The position numbers and the translations under genes are program-made. The notes beneath the pieces were generated by a model. It saw only the letters and a list, made by a program, of their open reading frames with translations, did not search any database and was not told where the DNA came from. This document shows positions 1 through 10,007 of a DNA stretch of 52,042 nt, piece by piece (positions within the stretch are counted from its first letter, which is position 1; the number at the start of each line of letters is the position of its first letter). Location of the stretch: NCBI GenBank assembly GCA_048617235.1, contig JBMCHT010000001.1:1-52042 (forward strand), in the 5' to 3' direction. The DNA is from Patescibacteria group bacterium. GTDB lineage: Bacteria; Patescibacteriota; Minisyncoccia; Phycocordibacterales; XYD1-FULL-46-19.

Positions 1-2
1 TA

Positions 3-581
3 AACAACAAAGACTTAAATCATAAAGACAATCCACCTTTCCCGGATGGTTTACAAACACTTTCTCTTGACAGGGTTACCCTCCCTAAAAACATCACCTT
101 CCCGGATGGTTTACAATGGCTTTGGCTTGAAAAAGTTGAACTCCCACCAAACATTACCTTTCCGGATGGTTTACAGGAACTTTCTCTTAACAGAGCCACC
201 CTCCCGCCAAACATTACCTTCCCGGATGGTTTACAATGGCTTTATCTTGACGAAGCCACCCTTCCTTCAAACATCACTTTCCCGGATGGTTTACAAAGGC
301 TTATTCTTAGGGGAGTTGAACTCCCACCAAACATCACCTTCCCGGATGGTTTACAAAGTCTTTCTCTTGAAAGAGCTAAGCTCCCACCAAATATTTCCTT
401 CCCGGATGGTTTACAAGTTCTTCGTCTTAACGGAGCCACCCTCTCACCAAACATCACCTTCCCGGATGGTTTAGAAGAGCTTTATTTTGACGAAGCCATT
501 CTCCCGGAAAACACCACCCCCGAAGAATGGCAAGAAAAACTCCGAGAATACCGGCAGAGGAATCCTGATGTTTTGTTTTAA
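3..581 (+). CDS. Leucine-rich repeat protein, 3' part (5'-truncated by window edge)
   Basis: Frame 3 is open from base 3 to TAA at 579-581. It translates as eight 20-aa repeats FPDGLQxLxLxxxxLPxNIT, then the tail EEWQEKLREYRQRNPDVLF. Missing from the ORF track because the start lies outside the window. Confidence 0.85.
   Translation, partial: NNKDLNHKDNPPFPDGLQTLSLDRVTLPKNITFPDGLQWLWLEKVELPPNITFPDGLQELSLNRATLPPNITFPDGLQWLYLDEATLPSNITFPDGLQRLILRGVELPPNITFPDGLQSLSLERAKLPPNISFPDGLQVLRLNGATLSPNITFPDGLEELYFDEAILPENTTPEEWQEKLREYRQRNPDVLF
39..510 (+). repeat. Tandem 60-bp coding repeat, 8 units
   Basis: Core TT(C/T)CCGGATGGTTTA recurs at 39, 99, 159, 219, 279, 339, 399 and 459, an exact 60-bp period. 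Confidence 0.95.
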
Positions 582-795
582 ACACACTCTTTTGTTATTA
601 ATAAATCTAACATTTCATTCTAAAGAGCAATATTCTAGATTGTTATAATAAATATTACTTAAAATATTTATTATTTAGATAGTGTTTACGGGATTTTATT
701 TTAAAAGGTTTTTAACTCCTGAATCTAAGTTAAATTTTGATTTAATTTTTCACTTTCCGATCATTTTTATTTATAGTATTGTAGGTTTAAATATT

Positions 796-2829
796 ATGAA
801 ATTTAAATTAAAAACGGAATTTAAGCCAACCGGAGATCAGCCACAAGCTATTGGTGAATTGGTTGGTGGTTTAAATGGTGGTTTAAATCGACAAACTCTA
901 TTGGGAGTAACCGGTAGTGGTAAAACTTTTACCATGGCTAATGTTATTGCCAAAATTCAAAGACCGACTTTAGTCATTGCTCATAATAAAACTTTAGCGG
1001 CTCAACTGGCTCAAGAGTACCAGAGTTTTTTTCCGGATAATGCCGTTTGTTATTTTGTTTCCTATTATGATTATTATCAACCGGAAGCCTATATGCCGGT
1101 AAGTGATACTTATATTGAAAAAGACGCTGCTATTAATGAAGAAATAGATCGCTTGCGACACGCCTCTACTCAAGCCCTATTAACCAGATCGGATGTGATT
1201 ATTGTGGCTTCGGTTTCTTGTATTTATGGTTTGGGTAGTCCGGTGGATTATTTAAAAGAGCATTTACATTTAGCGGTGGGTCAAAAAATAACTCGACAAC
1301 AATTATTGCAACAATTGGTGGGGGTTTATTATGACAGAACCAATGCTGATTTATTACCCGGTCATTTTCGAGCTACCGGTAATTTTGTGGAAATTATGCC
1401 ACCATCAGAAAGAGAAATAATAGCTCTTAATTTAAAAGCCGGTCAAATTGAATCAATTCGAAAAATAGATGCTTTAACTCGAGTGGATAAAGGAGTGGTG
1501 GCTGATTGTTTTCTGTTTCCGGCTAAACATTTCATTACCAATGAAGAAAATAGACAAAGAGCAATTGGGGCGATTAAAAAAGAATTAACTCAAAGATTGT
1601 CTGTTTTGGAAAAAGAGGGGCGTTTATTGGAAGCGGAAAGATTAAAACGGCGAACCAATTACGATTTAGCTATGATTAAAGAAGTTGGTTATACCAACGG
1701 GATAGAAAATTATTCTCGTCATTTGGCTAATCGTTCGGCCGGTGAGCCACCGGAAACTTTATTGTCTTATTTTCCCAAAACCGAAACCGGTCAGCCGGAT
1801 TTTCTAACCATTATAGATGAATCTCATGTGACAGTACCTCAGTTGGCCGGAATGTATGCCGGTGATGCCAGTCGTAAAAAAACTTTAATAGAACATGGTT
1901 TCAGATTACCGAGCGCTTTAGATAATCGACCTTTAAAATTAAAGGAGTTTGAGAAGACTATTGGTTCGGCTATTTTTACCAGTGCCACTCCGGGAAATTA
2001 TGAAAGAGAAGTCAGTCAAAAAACAATAGAGCAAGTAATTCGACCGACCGGTTTGGTGGATCCGGTCTTAACCGTTAAGCCGGTTATTGCTGAGGCTAAG
2101 TATCCGGGTCAGATTAGGGATTTTATTAAAGAGGCCAAGGAGGAAATTAAAAAAGGCAATCGGGTGATGGCTACCACTTTAACCAAAAAAATGGCCGAGG
2201 ATTTGGCCGAGTTTTTGAAAGAACAAGGTTTGGCTACTGAATATTTACATAGTGAAATTAAAACCTTGGATCGGATTAGGATTTTATCTCAATTTCGAAC
2301 CGGAGCTGCCGCCGGCGGTTTTGATTGTTTAATCGGAGTTAATTTATTGCGTGAAGGTTTGGATTTACCGGAAGTAACTTTTATCGGTATTTTGGATGCA
2401 GATAAAGAAGGATTTTTAAGATCAGAAACCGCTTTAATCCAGACTATTGGCCGAGCCGCTCGTAATGCCGCCGGTCGAGTAGCTTTATATGCCGATAGAG
2501 TCACCGGTTCCTTAAAAAAAGCGATTGAAGAAACCAATCGTCGGCGTCAAATTCAATTAGCTTACAATAAAAAACATAAATTAACTCCGCAAACCATTAA
2601 AAAAAAGATTGCTGATATTACCGATACTATAGAATCTTTTCGTCAAGAAACAGCCAGACAACTTTTACAATTTGATAAACTGGACTCAGTGGCAGATATT
2701 AAAAAGACAATTAAAGCCAAAGAAAAACAAATGAATCAAGCGGTTAAAAATTTAGATTTTGAAACCGCCGCCATTTTACGAGATGAGTTGTTGGAATTGG
2801 AAAGAATTTTAAAAGAGAAGTCCAAATAA
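796..2829 (+). CDS. uvrB: Excinuclease ABC subunit B
   Basis: PTGDQPQAI, GVTGSGKT Walker A, YYDYYQPEAY, DESH and a C-terminal UVR motif (LDFETAAILRD). Start moved from the track's GTG 682 to ATG 796 (MKFKLK), where homology begins. Confidence 0.97.
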   Translation: MKFKLKTEFKPTGDQPQAIGELVGGLNGGLNRQTLLGVTGSGKTFTMANVIAKIQRPTLVIAHNKTLAAQLAQEYQSFFPDNAVCYFVSYYDYYQPEAYMPVSDTYIEKDAAINEEIDRLRHASTQALLTRSDVIIVASVSCIYGLGSPVDYLKEHLHLAVGQKITRQQLLQQLVGVYYDRTNADLLPGHFRATGNFVEIMPPSEREIIALNLKAGQIESIRKIDALTRVDKGVVADCFLFPAKHFITNEENRQRAIGAIKKELTQRLSVLEKEGRLLEAERLKRRTNYDLAMIKEVGYTNGIENYSRHLANRSAGEPPETLLSYFPKTETGQPDFLTIIDESHVTVPQLAGMYAGDASRKKTLIEHGFRLPSALDNRPLKLKEFEKTIGSAIFTSATPGNYEREVSQKTIEQVIRPTGLVDPVLTVKPVIAEAKYPGQIRDFIKEAKEEIKKGNRVMATTLTKKMAEDLAEFLKEQGLATEYLHSEIKTLDRIRILSQFRTGAAAGGFDCLIGVNLLREGLDLPEVTFIGILDADKEGFLRSETALIQTIGRAARNAAGRVALYADRVTGSLKKAIEETNRRRQIQLAYNKKHKLTPQTIKKKIADITDTIESFRQETARQLLQFDKLDSVADIKKTIKAKEKQMNQAVKNLDFETAAILRDELLELERILKEKSK

Positions 2830-2933
2830 GTTTTTAGTTTCTTGTTTTTATGCTAAGGTAAAAGCTACAGGCGGTGAGCGATGACTCTTATGGTTTAACT
2901 GGAGTCAATCGGCACCGGTTTTAGTGATGATTT

Positions 2934-5582
2934 ATGTCTCAATCAGAAAAATATATACATATTAAAGGAGCTAAAACTCATAATTTAAAAAATATTGAGC
3001 TTAAAATTCCTCGGGATAAATTAACGGTTATTACCGGTTTGTCCGGCTCCGGTAAATCCAGCTTGGCTTTTGATACCATTTTTGCCGAGGGGCAAAGACG
3101 GTATATTGAATCTTTGTCGGCTTATGCTCGACAATTCCTAAGGCAAATGGCCAAACCGGATGTGGAAGAAATTACCGGATTATCCCCGGCTATTTCCATT
3201 GATCAAAAATCCAGATCACAAAATCCGCGTTCAACTGTGGCCACTATCACGGAGATTTATGATTATCTGCGGGTATTATTGGCTCGAGTCGGTCAACCCA
3301 AGTGTTTAGTTTGTGGTCGAGAAATTAAAAAATTATCTCACGAAGAAATTATTGCCTTAACTCTGGAAAAAATCTCCGCTATTGAAAATTCGACTACCGA
3401 TTGGAGTCTGCAAATTTATGCTCCTTTGGTTCGTGGCCGGAAAGGGGAGTATTACCAACTGTTATATGATTTATTAGATAAAGGTTATCAAGAAATTTTA
3501 TTGAATGATCGTCGATACAATCTGCGAGATCGAATTATTTTGGCTAAGAATAAAAAACATGATTTGGATGTTTTGGTTGATGAGATTGAAGCGGCGGATT
3601 TTAACTCCGGTGACCAAAAAGAAACTTTAGCCGGAAAAATAAATATGGCTTTATCTGATGATGCTCGGAATCGTTTATCTGAAGGAGTGGAAAAAGCTTT
3701 AAAGGCTTCTGACGGATTGGTGCGGGTAGTAATCACTCAAGTTGGTAAAACTAAAAAAGTTTTGAGTCAAGCCGAAGAGGCCTTTTTGATGTCGGCTCGC
3801 TTTGCTTGTCCGGAGGACGGTTTTTCTTATCCGGAAATAGAACCGCGTCTTTTTTCTTTTAATTCTCCTTATGGAGCTTGTCCGGAATGTCACGGTTTGG
3901 GAACTAAACATTTATACGGAGAAGAAAAGTGTCACCTTTGCCAAGGAGCTCGCCTACGCCGGGAAGCTCTTAATGTGTTTTTGAACTCCGGTAAGCAAGA
4001 ATTGAATATAGTGGAGATTACCGCTTTATCTATTAAAGAGGCTGTAACTTTTTTTAATCAATTGAACCTATCTAAAAAAGAAGCGGAAGTGGCTGCCGTT
4101 ATTTTAAAAGAAATAAAATCTCGCTTGCAATTTTTATTGGATGTGGGATTAGATTATATTTCTCTAAATCGTAAAGCCAATACTTTATCCGGAGGTGAGG
4201 CTCAAAGAATACGCTTGGCTTCTCAATTGGGATCTCGTTTGGTGGGAACTTTATATGTTTTAGATGAACCAACTATAGGTTTGCATGCCAAAGATAATGA
4301 TCAATTATTAACCACTTTACTTAGTTTGAGAGATCAAGGTAATACTATTATTGTGGTGGAGCATGATGAAGACACCATTTTAGTCTCGGATTTTTTAGTG
4401 GACATTGGGCCACGAGCCGGAGTTCATGGAGGTGAAGTGGTGGTAGCCGAGGAAACTGCTAAATTATTAAAAAGCAAATCCAATAAAAATAATTCTTTAA
4501 CTTTAGATTATTTAACCGGCAAAAAAGAAGTAGCTGTTCCGTCTAAAAAAAGAACCGCTAACAAAGGATTTATAAAAATAAGAGGAGGGCAAATATATAA
4601 TATTAAAAATTTAAATGTAGATATTCCTTTAGGTAAATTAATTTCTGTTACCGGAGTGTCCGGTTCCGGTAAATCTTCTTTTGTTTATGAAATACTTTAT
4701 CAAAATTTGCAGCGACGCCTTAATCGACGTTACCGAACTAATAAGATTGTTAATTGTAAAGAATTTACAGGTTCGGAATATTTAAGTCGGTCTATTATGA
4801 TTGATCAGTCACCAATTGGTCGAACTCCGCGATCAAATTTAGCTACTTATACCGGAGCTTTTACTTTTATTAGAGAATTATTGGCGGAAACTGATTTAGC
4901 TAAAGTTCGCGGTTGGAAGCCGGGACGCTTTTCTTTTAATGTTAAAGGAGGGCGCTGTGAAGCTTGCCAAGGTAATGGTCAGTTGGCAGTGGAAATGCAT
5001 TTTTTACCCACTATTTATGTTACTTGTGATGTTTGCCAAGGTAAGCGTTTTATGACCGAAACTTTGGAGGTGGTTTATAAAGGTAAAAATATATATGAAA
5101 TTTTAAAAATGACAGTAGAGGAGGGTTTACAATTTTTTACAGATATTCCGGCTATAGCCGATAGATTAAAAACTTTAGATGATGTGGGATTAGGTTATTT
5201 GGAGTTAGGTCAGCCGGCGACCACTTTATCCGGCGGAGAAGCTCAAAGAGTTAAAATCTCTTCGGAGTTATACCGACCAATGGTTTATAAAAGTTTTTAT
5301 ATTTTAGATGAACCGACAGTCGGTTTACATTATGAAGATGTGGCTAATTTAATAAAAGTTTTACAATTATTGGTGGATAAAGGTAATACCGTTTTAATTA
5401 TTGAACACAACATGGATGTGATAAAAAATTCGGATTATATAATAGATATGGGCCCCGACGGTGGTCAGGCCGGCGGTCGCTTGGTGGCTTTTGGTTTACC
5501 GGAGTCTATAATAGATTCTTCGGATTCTCATACAGCTGTTTATTTAAAAAAATATTTAAAACGTTCAAAATTTAAAGCCTAA
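2934..5582 (+). CDS. uvrA: Excinuclease ABC subunit A
   Basis: Two ABC domains (GLSGSGKS, GVSGSGKS, LSGGEAQR twice), zinc-finger CxxC motifs and the HNLKNI N-terminus. Confidence 0.97.
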   Translation: MSQSEKYIHIKGAKTHNLKNIELKIPRDKLTVITGLSGSGKSSLAFDTIFAEGQRRYIESLSAYARQFLRQMAKPDVEEITGLSPAISIDQKSRSQNPRSTVATITEIYDYLRVLLARVGQPKCLVCGREIKKLSHEEIIALTLEKISAIENSTTDWSLQIYAPLVRGRKGEYYQLLYDLLDKGYQEILLNDRRYNLRDRIILAKNKKHDLDVLVDEIEAADFNSGDQKETLAGKINMALSDDARNRLSEGVEKALKASDGLVRVVITQVGKTKKVLSQAEEAFLMSARFACPEDGFSYPEIEPRLFSFNSPYGACPECHGLGTKHLYGEEKCHLCQGARLRREALNVFLNSGKQELNIVEITALSIKEAVTFFNQLNLSKKEAEVAAVILKEIKSRLQFLLDVGLDYISLNRKANTLSGGEAQRIRLASQLGSRLVGTLYVLDEPTIGLHAKDNDQLLTTLLSLRDQGNTIIVVEHDEDTILVSDFLVDIGPRAGVHGGEVVVAEETAKLLKSKSNKNNSLTLDYLTGKKEVAVPSKKRTANKGFIKIRGGQIYNIKNLNVDIPLGKLISVTGVSGSGKSSFVYEILYQNLQRRLNRRYRTNKIVNCKEFTGSEYLSRSIMIDQSPIGRTPRSNLATYTGAFTFIRELLAETDLAKVRGWKPGRFSFNVKGGRCEACQGNGQLAVEMHFLPTIYVTCDVCQGKRFMTETLEVVYKGKNIYEILKMTVEEGLQFFTDIPAIADRLKTLDDVGLGYLELGQPATTLSGGEAQRVKISSELYRPMVYKSFYILDEPTVGLHYEDVANLIKVLQLLVDKGNTVLIIEHNMDVIKNSDYIIDMGPDGGQAGGRLVAFGLPESIIDSSDSHTAVYLKKYLKRSKFKA

Positions 5583-5585
5583 TTT

Positions 5586-6821
5586 ATGCCAACGGTTTTA
5601 ATAACTAAATTATCCAATTTACCGGATAAACCGGGTGTTTATATTTTTAAACAAAATAAACGGATATTATATATTGGTAAGGCCACTTCTTTAAAAAGCA
5701 GGGTTAAAAGTTATTTTAACAAAAACATCACCAAGACCAGGGGGCCGAAAATTGAAGCTATGGTTAAATTAATTACCAAGGTTGAGTATCAAGAGTGTGA
5801 TTCGGTCTTGGAAGCTTTATTGCAGGAAGCGATTTTGATTAAAAAATATAACCCACCTTATAATACCAAAGCTAAAGACGATAAGAGTTTTTGGTTTGTG
5901 GTTATTACCAAAGAATCTTGGCCTCGAGTCTTAATGGTTCGCGGACAGGATTTAAGTACCGTCGTAGATCCTGATCAAGTTAAAAAAAGCTTTGGACCAT
6001 TTCCTCATGGTCCGGAATTAAAAGCGGGTTTAAAAATTATTCGCCGGCTTTTTCCTTTTAGAGATAAATGTAAACCTCAAGGGGATTTAAAAAACAAAAA
6101 TCCCAAACCATGTTTTAATAGGCAAATTGGTCTATGTCCCGGAGTTTGCACCGGAGAAATTTCCCATAAAGAATATTTGAAAAATATTAAACATATAATA
6201 TTATTATTCGAAGGTAAAAAGAAAAAACTATTGACTCAATTGGAAAAAGAAATGCAACAAGCAGCTCGAGTTCAAGATTTTGAACAAGCAACTATTTACC
6301 GTAATCGTTTACAGACATTGAATAATTTAAAAGATGTTTCGGTGATCAAAAGACCTTTGGTGGATATTGGAGAATTACGAATAGAAGCTTATGATGTGGC
6401 TCATTTGGCCGGTCAAAATACGGTTGGTGTAATGGTGGTCTTGGATAACCAAGGTCCGCTTAAGAATGAGTATCGTCGTTTTATTATTAAAGGTAAAGCT
6501 GCCGGTCGGCCTAATGATACCGCTGCTTTGGCGGAATTGTTAAACCGGCGTTTAAAACATAAAGACTGGCTTTTACCGGATTTAATAGTTGCCGATGGTG
6601 GTCAGGCTCAAGTGGGGGTGATAGAAAAAATACTTCAAAAAAATAAATTATCTATTCCGGTGGTGGGAGTGGTTAAAGATGAAAAACACAGACCTCAAAA
6701 AATAATTAAGCGGCCACCAAAGTGGCCGGTTAACCAAGATCATTTAATAATCGCCGCCAACGATGAAGCCCATCGTTTTGCCTTGGCTTTTCATAGAAAA
6801 AAAAGAAGAACAATGATATAA
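5586..6821 (+). CDS. uvrC: Excinuclease ABC subunit C (short form, no C-terminal HhH)
   Basis: GIY-YIG domain (PGVY...YIGKA), UVR motif and RNase H-like domain (IEAYDVAH, PDLIVADGG); follows uvrA. Confidence 0.92.
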   Translation: MPTVLITKLSNLPDKPGVYIFKQNKRILYIGKATSLKSRVKSYFNKNITKTRGPKIEAMVKLITKVEYQECDSVLEALLQEAILIKKYNPPYNTKAKDDKSFWFVVITKESWPRVLMVRGQDLSTVVDPDQVKKSFGPFPHGPELKAGLKIIRRLFPFRDKCKPQGDLKNKNPKPCFNRQIGLCPGVCTGEISHKEYLKNIKHIILLFEGKKKKLLTQLEKEMQQAARVQDFEQATIYRNRLQTLNNLKDVSVIKRPLVDIGELRIEAYDVAHLAGQNTVGVMVVLDNQGPLKNEYRRFIIKGKAAGRPNDTAALAELLNRRLKHKDWLLPDLIVADGGQAQVGVIEKILQKNKLSIPVVGVVKDEKHRPQKIIKRPPKWPVNQDHLIIAANDEAHRFALAFHRKKRRTMI

Positions 6822-6845
6822 TGAAATAGATTTTCATTATATTAT

Positions 6846-8330
6846 ATGAACGAGTTGGAACAATTCAGATTAGATTTTAATTTGCGTCTGGTGTTTGTTC
6901 GCTGGGTTTTTCTATTGGTTGGTATTTTAATTTTAGCCGGTTTGGTTTTTTTAACCGAAGAGGGTTGGTTACCGGAAATCTCTGCTCAATTGGGAGGTAG
7001 TTTGTTATTTTTGGGAATAATGGTTGTTGTTAATTTACCGTTATATTTACTGATTAATAAATTAATTGGTCAACAAAGGATTAAAAATGTTAATTACTTG
7101 AGCTGGTTTCAAATTATTTTTGATTTATTCATCGTTGCCGGTTTGTTATTTTTTACCGGTATTAATGCTTGGACAATCTTATTAATGTTATGGCCTCTAA
7201 TTTCCGGAATTGTTTTGTTTGGTTATATTGGTTCCGGTTTAGTTTTAATAATTTCTTGGTTGGTAATTTTAGGTTTATCACTGGCTGACAGTTTAATAAC
7301 AAGTGGTTTATCCGGATTGGAAGATCATCAAACTTGGTCTGTTTTAGTGGTTTCCGGTTTGGTTTATTTATTGGTTTATGCCGGACTGGCTTATCATTAC
7401 CAGTTTATAAGACCGATGGCTGTTTTGTTTGGAGCCGGCAGAATAATTCACCATCAAGATGTCTCAGAATATTTAAAAAGAATAGAGGAGTTGGAGAAGA
7501 GAGTAATGATCACTGAGCGCAAAGCTCAAGCCAAGGATACCGAATTGGAAATGGCTAAACAAAAATTAAATAATTTAGAACAAGCCAAATCTAAGTTTAT
7601 TTCAGTGACTACTCATCAGCTAAGAACTCCTTTGGCGGCTATTAAATGGACTCTGGGGATGATGAATCAAGGGCAATTGGGTGAGGTGACTGAAGAACAG
7701 AAAGATTTTTTACAAAGAGGTTTAAACAGTACTCAGAAAATGATTACTATTGTTAATAATTTGCTTAATATTGATCATATTGAAGCGGATAAAAGAGATT
7801 ATAATTTTGCAGAAATTAGTTTGGCGGATTTAATCAACAAAACTGTTCAGGAATTTTCTTCTCGAGTGGAAAGTAAGAATATTAATTTGGAAGTTAAAAT
7901 ACCGGAAAAAACTCATTTAGTGGAAGCAGATTTGGGGAAAATTAGAATGGTTTTGGAAAATTTATTGGATAATGCTATTAAATACTCTAAAAATGATGGA
8001 CAGGTGACAGTAGAATTGAAAGATGATAGAATTAATAGTGCTCAAAGTAGTTTAGAAGTGGTGGTTAAAGACAACGGTATAGGCATCCCCGAAGCAGAGC
8101 AAAAAAAGATCTTTCACAAGTTCTTTCGAGCCAGTAACGCAGTGGCTAATGAGCCTGATGGCAGTGGTATTGGTTTATATATATCCAAGGATATAATAGA
8201 AAACCATAAAGGTACTTTTTGGTTTGAAAGTGTGGAAGGAGAAGGAACTGCTTTTCATTTTATTTTACCTTTAAAACAACCGACAAGTGTTAAAGCTTCT
8301 ACACCACCACCGGCTCCGAATTCTGAATAA
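6846..8330 (+). CDS. Membrane sensor histidine kinase
   Basis: Several N-terminal TM segments; H-box THQLRTPL, N-box NLLDNAIKY, G-boxes DNGIGI and GSGIGL. Confidence 0.93.
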   Translation: MNELEQFRLDFNLRLVFVRWVFLLVGILILAGLVFLTEEGWLPEISAQLGGSLLFLGIMVVVNLPLYLLINKLIGQQRIKNVNYLSWFQIIFDLFIVAGLLFFTGINAWTILLMLWPLISGIVLFGYIGSGLVLIISWLVILGLSLADSLITSGLSGLEDHQTWSVLVVSGLVYLLVYAGLAYHYQFIRPMAVLFGAGRIIHHQDVSEYLKRIEELEKRVMITERKAQAKDTELEMAKQKLNNLEQAKSKFISVTTHQLRTPLAAIKWTLGMMNQGQLGEVTEEQKDFLQRGLNSTQKMITIVNNLLNIDHIEADKRDYNFAEISLADLINKTVQEFSSRVESKNINLEVKIPEKTHLVEADLGKIRMVLENLLDNAIKYSKNDGQVTVELKDDRINSAQSSLEVVVKDNGIGIPEAEQKKIFHKFFRASNAVANEPDGSGIGLYISKDIIENHKGTFWFESVEGEGTAFHFILPLKQPTSVKASTPPPAPNSE

Positions 8331-8374
8331 GTAAATTAATAGTTTAAAATTTTAAAAATTAATATTTTATAAAT

Positions 8375-8758
8375 ATGGCAGAAGATAATAAAAAAAAGAT
8401 ATTAGTAGTTGAAGACGATGAATTTTTGCGTTCTTTGACTGTTAAAAGGTTAAGTGAAGAAAATTATGAAGTTATTACGGCTGTAGACGGTAATAGCGGT
8501 TTATCGACAGCGGTGGACGAGAAGCCGGATTTAGTATTATTGGATTTATTGTTACCCGGAATGAGCGGTTTTGAAGTTCTGGAAAAAATGAAAGCTGATG
8601 ATCAAGCTAAAGATATTCCGGTAGTGGTTTTTTCTAATTTAGGTCAAAGAGAAGATATTGAAAAAGCTAAAACTTTGGGAGCTAATGATTATCTAATAAA
8701 AGCCAATTTCACTTTAGATGATGTGGTGGAAAAGGTCGATAATTATCTCAATAAATAA
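8375..8758 (+). CDS. Single-domain response regulator (receiver)
   Basis: ILVVEDD, PDLVLLDLLLPGMSG and YLIK motifs; adjacent to the kinase. Confidence 0.93.
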   Translation: MAEDNKKKILVVEDDEFLRSLTVKRLSEENYEVITAVDGNSGLSTAVDEKPDLVLLDLLLPGMSGFEVLEKMKADDQAKDIPVVVFSNLGQREDIEKAKTLGANDYLIKANFTLDDVVEKVDNYLNK

Positions 8759-8771
8759 ATTTTAAATATTT

Positions 8772-9743
8772 ATGCCCAAGATTCGGGTTGGAATATTACG
8801 AGGAGGGCCCAGTAGTGAATATGAAGTTTCACTTAAGACCGGAGCGGAAATCTTAAAGCATTTACCAACTGATAAGTATACTCCGGCGGATATTTTTATA
8901 GACAAACAAGGGGTTTGGCATTCAATTGGATTGCCAATTTCCCCGGCAAAAGTTTTTGAACAGACCGAGGTTATTTTTAATGCCTTGCATGGAGAATACG
9001 GTGAAGATGGTCAGGTTCAAAAAGTATTGGAAGATTTTCAAGTTCCTTATACCGGTTCCGGGCGCTTAGCTTCGGCTTTGGGGGTTAATAAACCTTTAGC
9101 CGGAAAATATTTACACCAAGCCGGTCTGAAGGTGCCTCCCGGTTTGGCTTTTACTTGGTTGGATGAACCTCAAATTATAGCTCAAACCGTATTTAGAAAA
9201 ATTTCACCCCCTTGGGTAATTAAACCGGCTGATCGTGGTTCTTCGGTGGGAATATTTTTTGCTGATAATTTATCGGATTTATTATCCGGGATAGAGCAAG
9301 CTCTAGAATATTCCAACCAAATTATGGTAGAGGAGTATATTAAAGGAGTGGAAGCCACTTGTGGTGTGGTAGATGATTTCAGAGGTTTAAATTATTATCC
9401 GCTATTGCCGATAGAAATTCGGAGGCCGGTAAACAGCTCTGTTTGGTCTTATGAAGATAAATATTCCGGTTTGACTGAAGAATTATGTCCGGGACAATTT
9501 ACCGGTCAATTAGGAGAAGAACTTGGTCGGTTGGCAATTTTAGCTCATCAAACTCTGGGTTTGCGTCATTATTCCAGATCAGATTTTATAGTTTCTCCCA
9601 CCAGAGGGATTTATATTTTGGAAGTAAATACTTTACCCGGCTTAACCCCGACTTCTCTTTTACCCAAATCTTTAGAAGCTATTGGTTGTGATTATTCGGA
9701 CTTTTTGGATCATTTGGTGTCTTTGGCTTTAAAGCGTAAATAA
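8772..9743 (+). CDS. ddl: D-alanine--D-alanine ligase
   Basis: GGPSSEYEVS, ALHGEYGEDG, GSSVG and LEVNTLPG ATP-grasp motifs. Confidence 0.93.
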   Translation: MPKIRVGILRGGPSSEYEVSLKTGAEILKHLPTDKYTPADIFIDKQGVWHSIGLPISPAKVFEQTEVIFNALHGEYGEDGQVQKVLEDFQVPYTGSGRLASALGVNKPLAGKYLHQAGLKVPPGLAFTWLDEPQIIAQTVFRKISPPWVIKPADRGSSVGIFFADNLSDLLSGIEQALEYSNQIMVEEYIKGVEATCGVVDDFRGLNYYPLLPIEIRRPVNSSVWSYEDKYSGLTEELCPGQFTGQLGEELGRLAILAHQTLGLRHYSRSDFIVSPTRGIYILEVNTLPGLTPTSLLPKSLEAIGCDYSDFLDHLVSLALKRK

Positions 9744-9767
9744 TCTTTTAGATGTAACTAAAAGTAA

Positions 9768-9792
9768 AACCCCGTCCTTAATGGACGGGGTT
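9768..9792. terminator. Intrinsic terminator hairpin between convergent ddl and the small minus-strand peptide
   Basis: AACCCCGTCC-TTAAT-GGACGGGGTT, a perfect 10-bp stem; T-run follows on the minus strand. Confidence 0.8.
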
Positions 9793-9946
9793 AATGATGT
9801 GGAAAACAGCGGCGGCAAAAGTACCGCCGGCGGTGAGACAATTTTACTTTTTTGGCTTTCCTCTGATGCCAGAGGGTGGAGCCAAAAAGCTTAATTCTCA
9901 CCAAACGCCGGCACTTGGCGCAACGGAAGCACTGTATGCTTTTCAT
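9791..9946 (-). CDS. 51-aa basic Cys-containing small protein (MKSIQCFRCAKCRRLVRIKLFGSTLWHQRKAKKVKLSHRRRYFCRRCFPHH)
   Basis: Strong SD AGAAAGGAGA just upstream of the ATG; stop abuts the terminator; CxxCxxC...CxxC pattern. Below the ORF-track cut-off. Confidence 0.6.
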   Translation of the reverse strand: MKSIQCFRCAKCRRLVRIKLFGSTLWHQRKAKKVKLSHRRRYFCRRCFPHH

Positions 9947-10007
9947 GGGAAATCTCCTTTCTTTTTCTATCTAAACATATTGGCAGAGAAAGTAAAGGAT
10001 TTTTTAG

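Noticed and set aside
20-474. ORF-track calls 20..214(-), 46..474(+) and 242..457(-)
   Set aside because: Shadow frames of the repeat; frame 3 gives the recognisable LRR.
39-510. CRISPR array suggested by regularly spaced repeats
   Set aside because: The period is exactly 60 bp, the 'spacers' are homologous to each other, one frame is fully open as an LRR, and no cas genes are present.
682-795. N-terminal extension of UvrB from GTG 682
   Set aside because: AT-rich intergenic-like sequence with no UvrB similarity; ATG 796 fits the family start.
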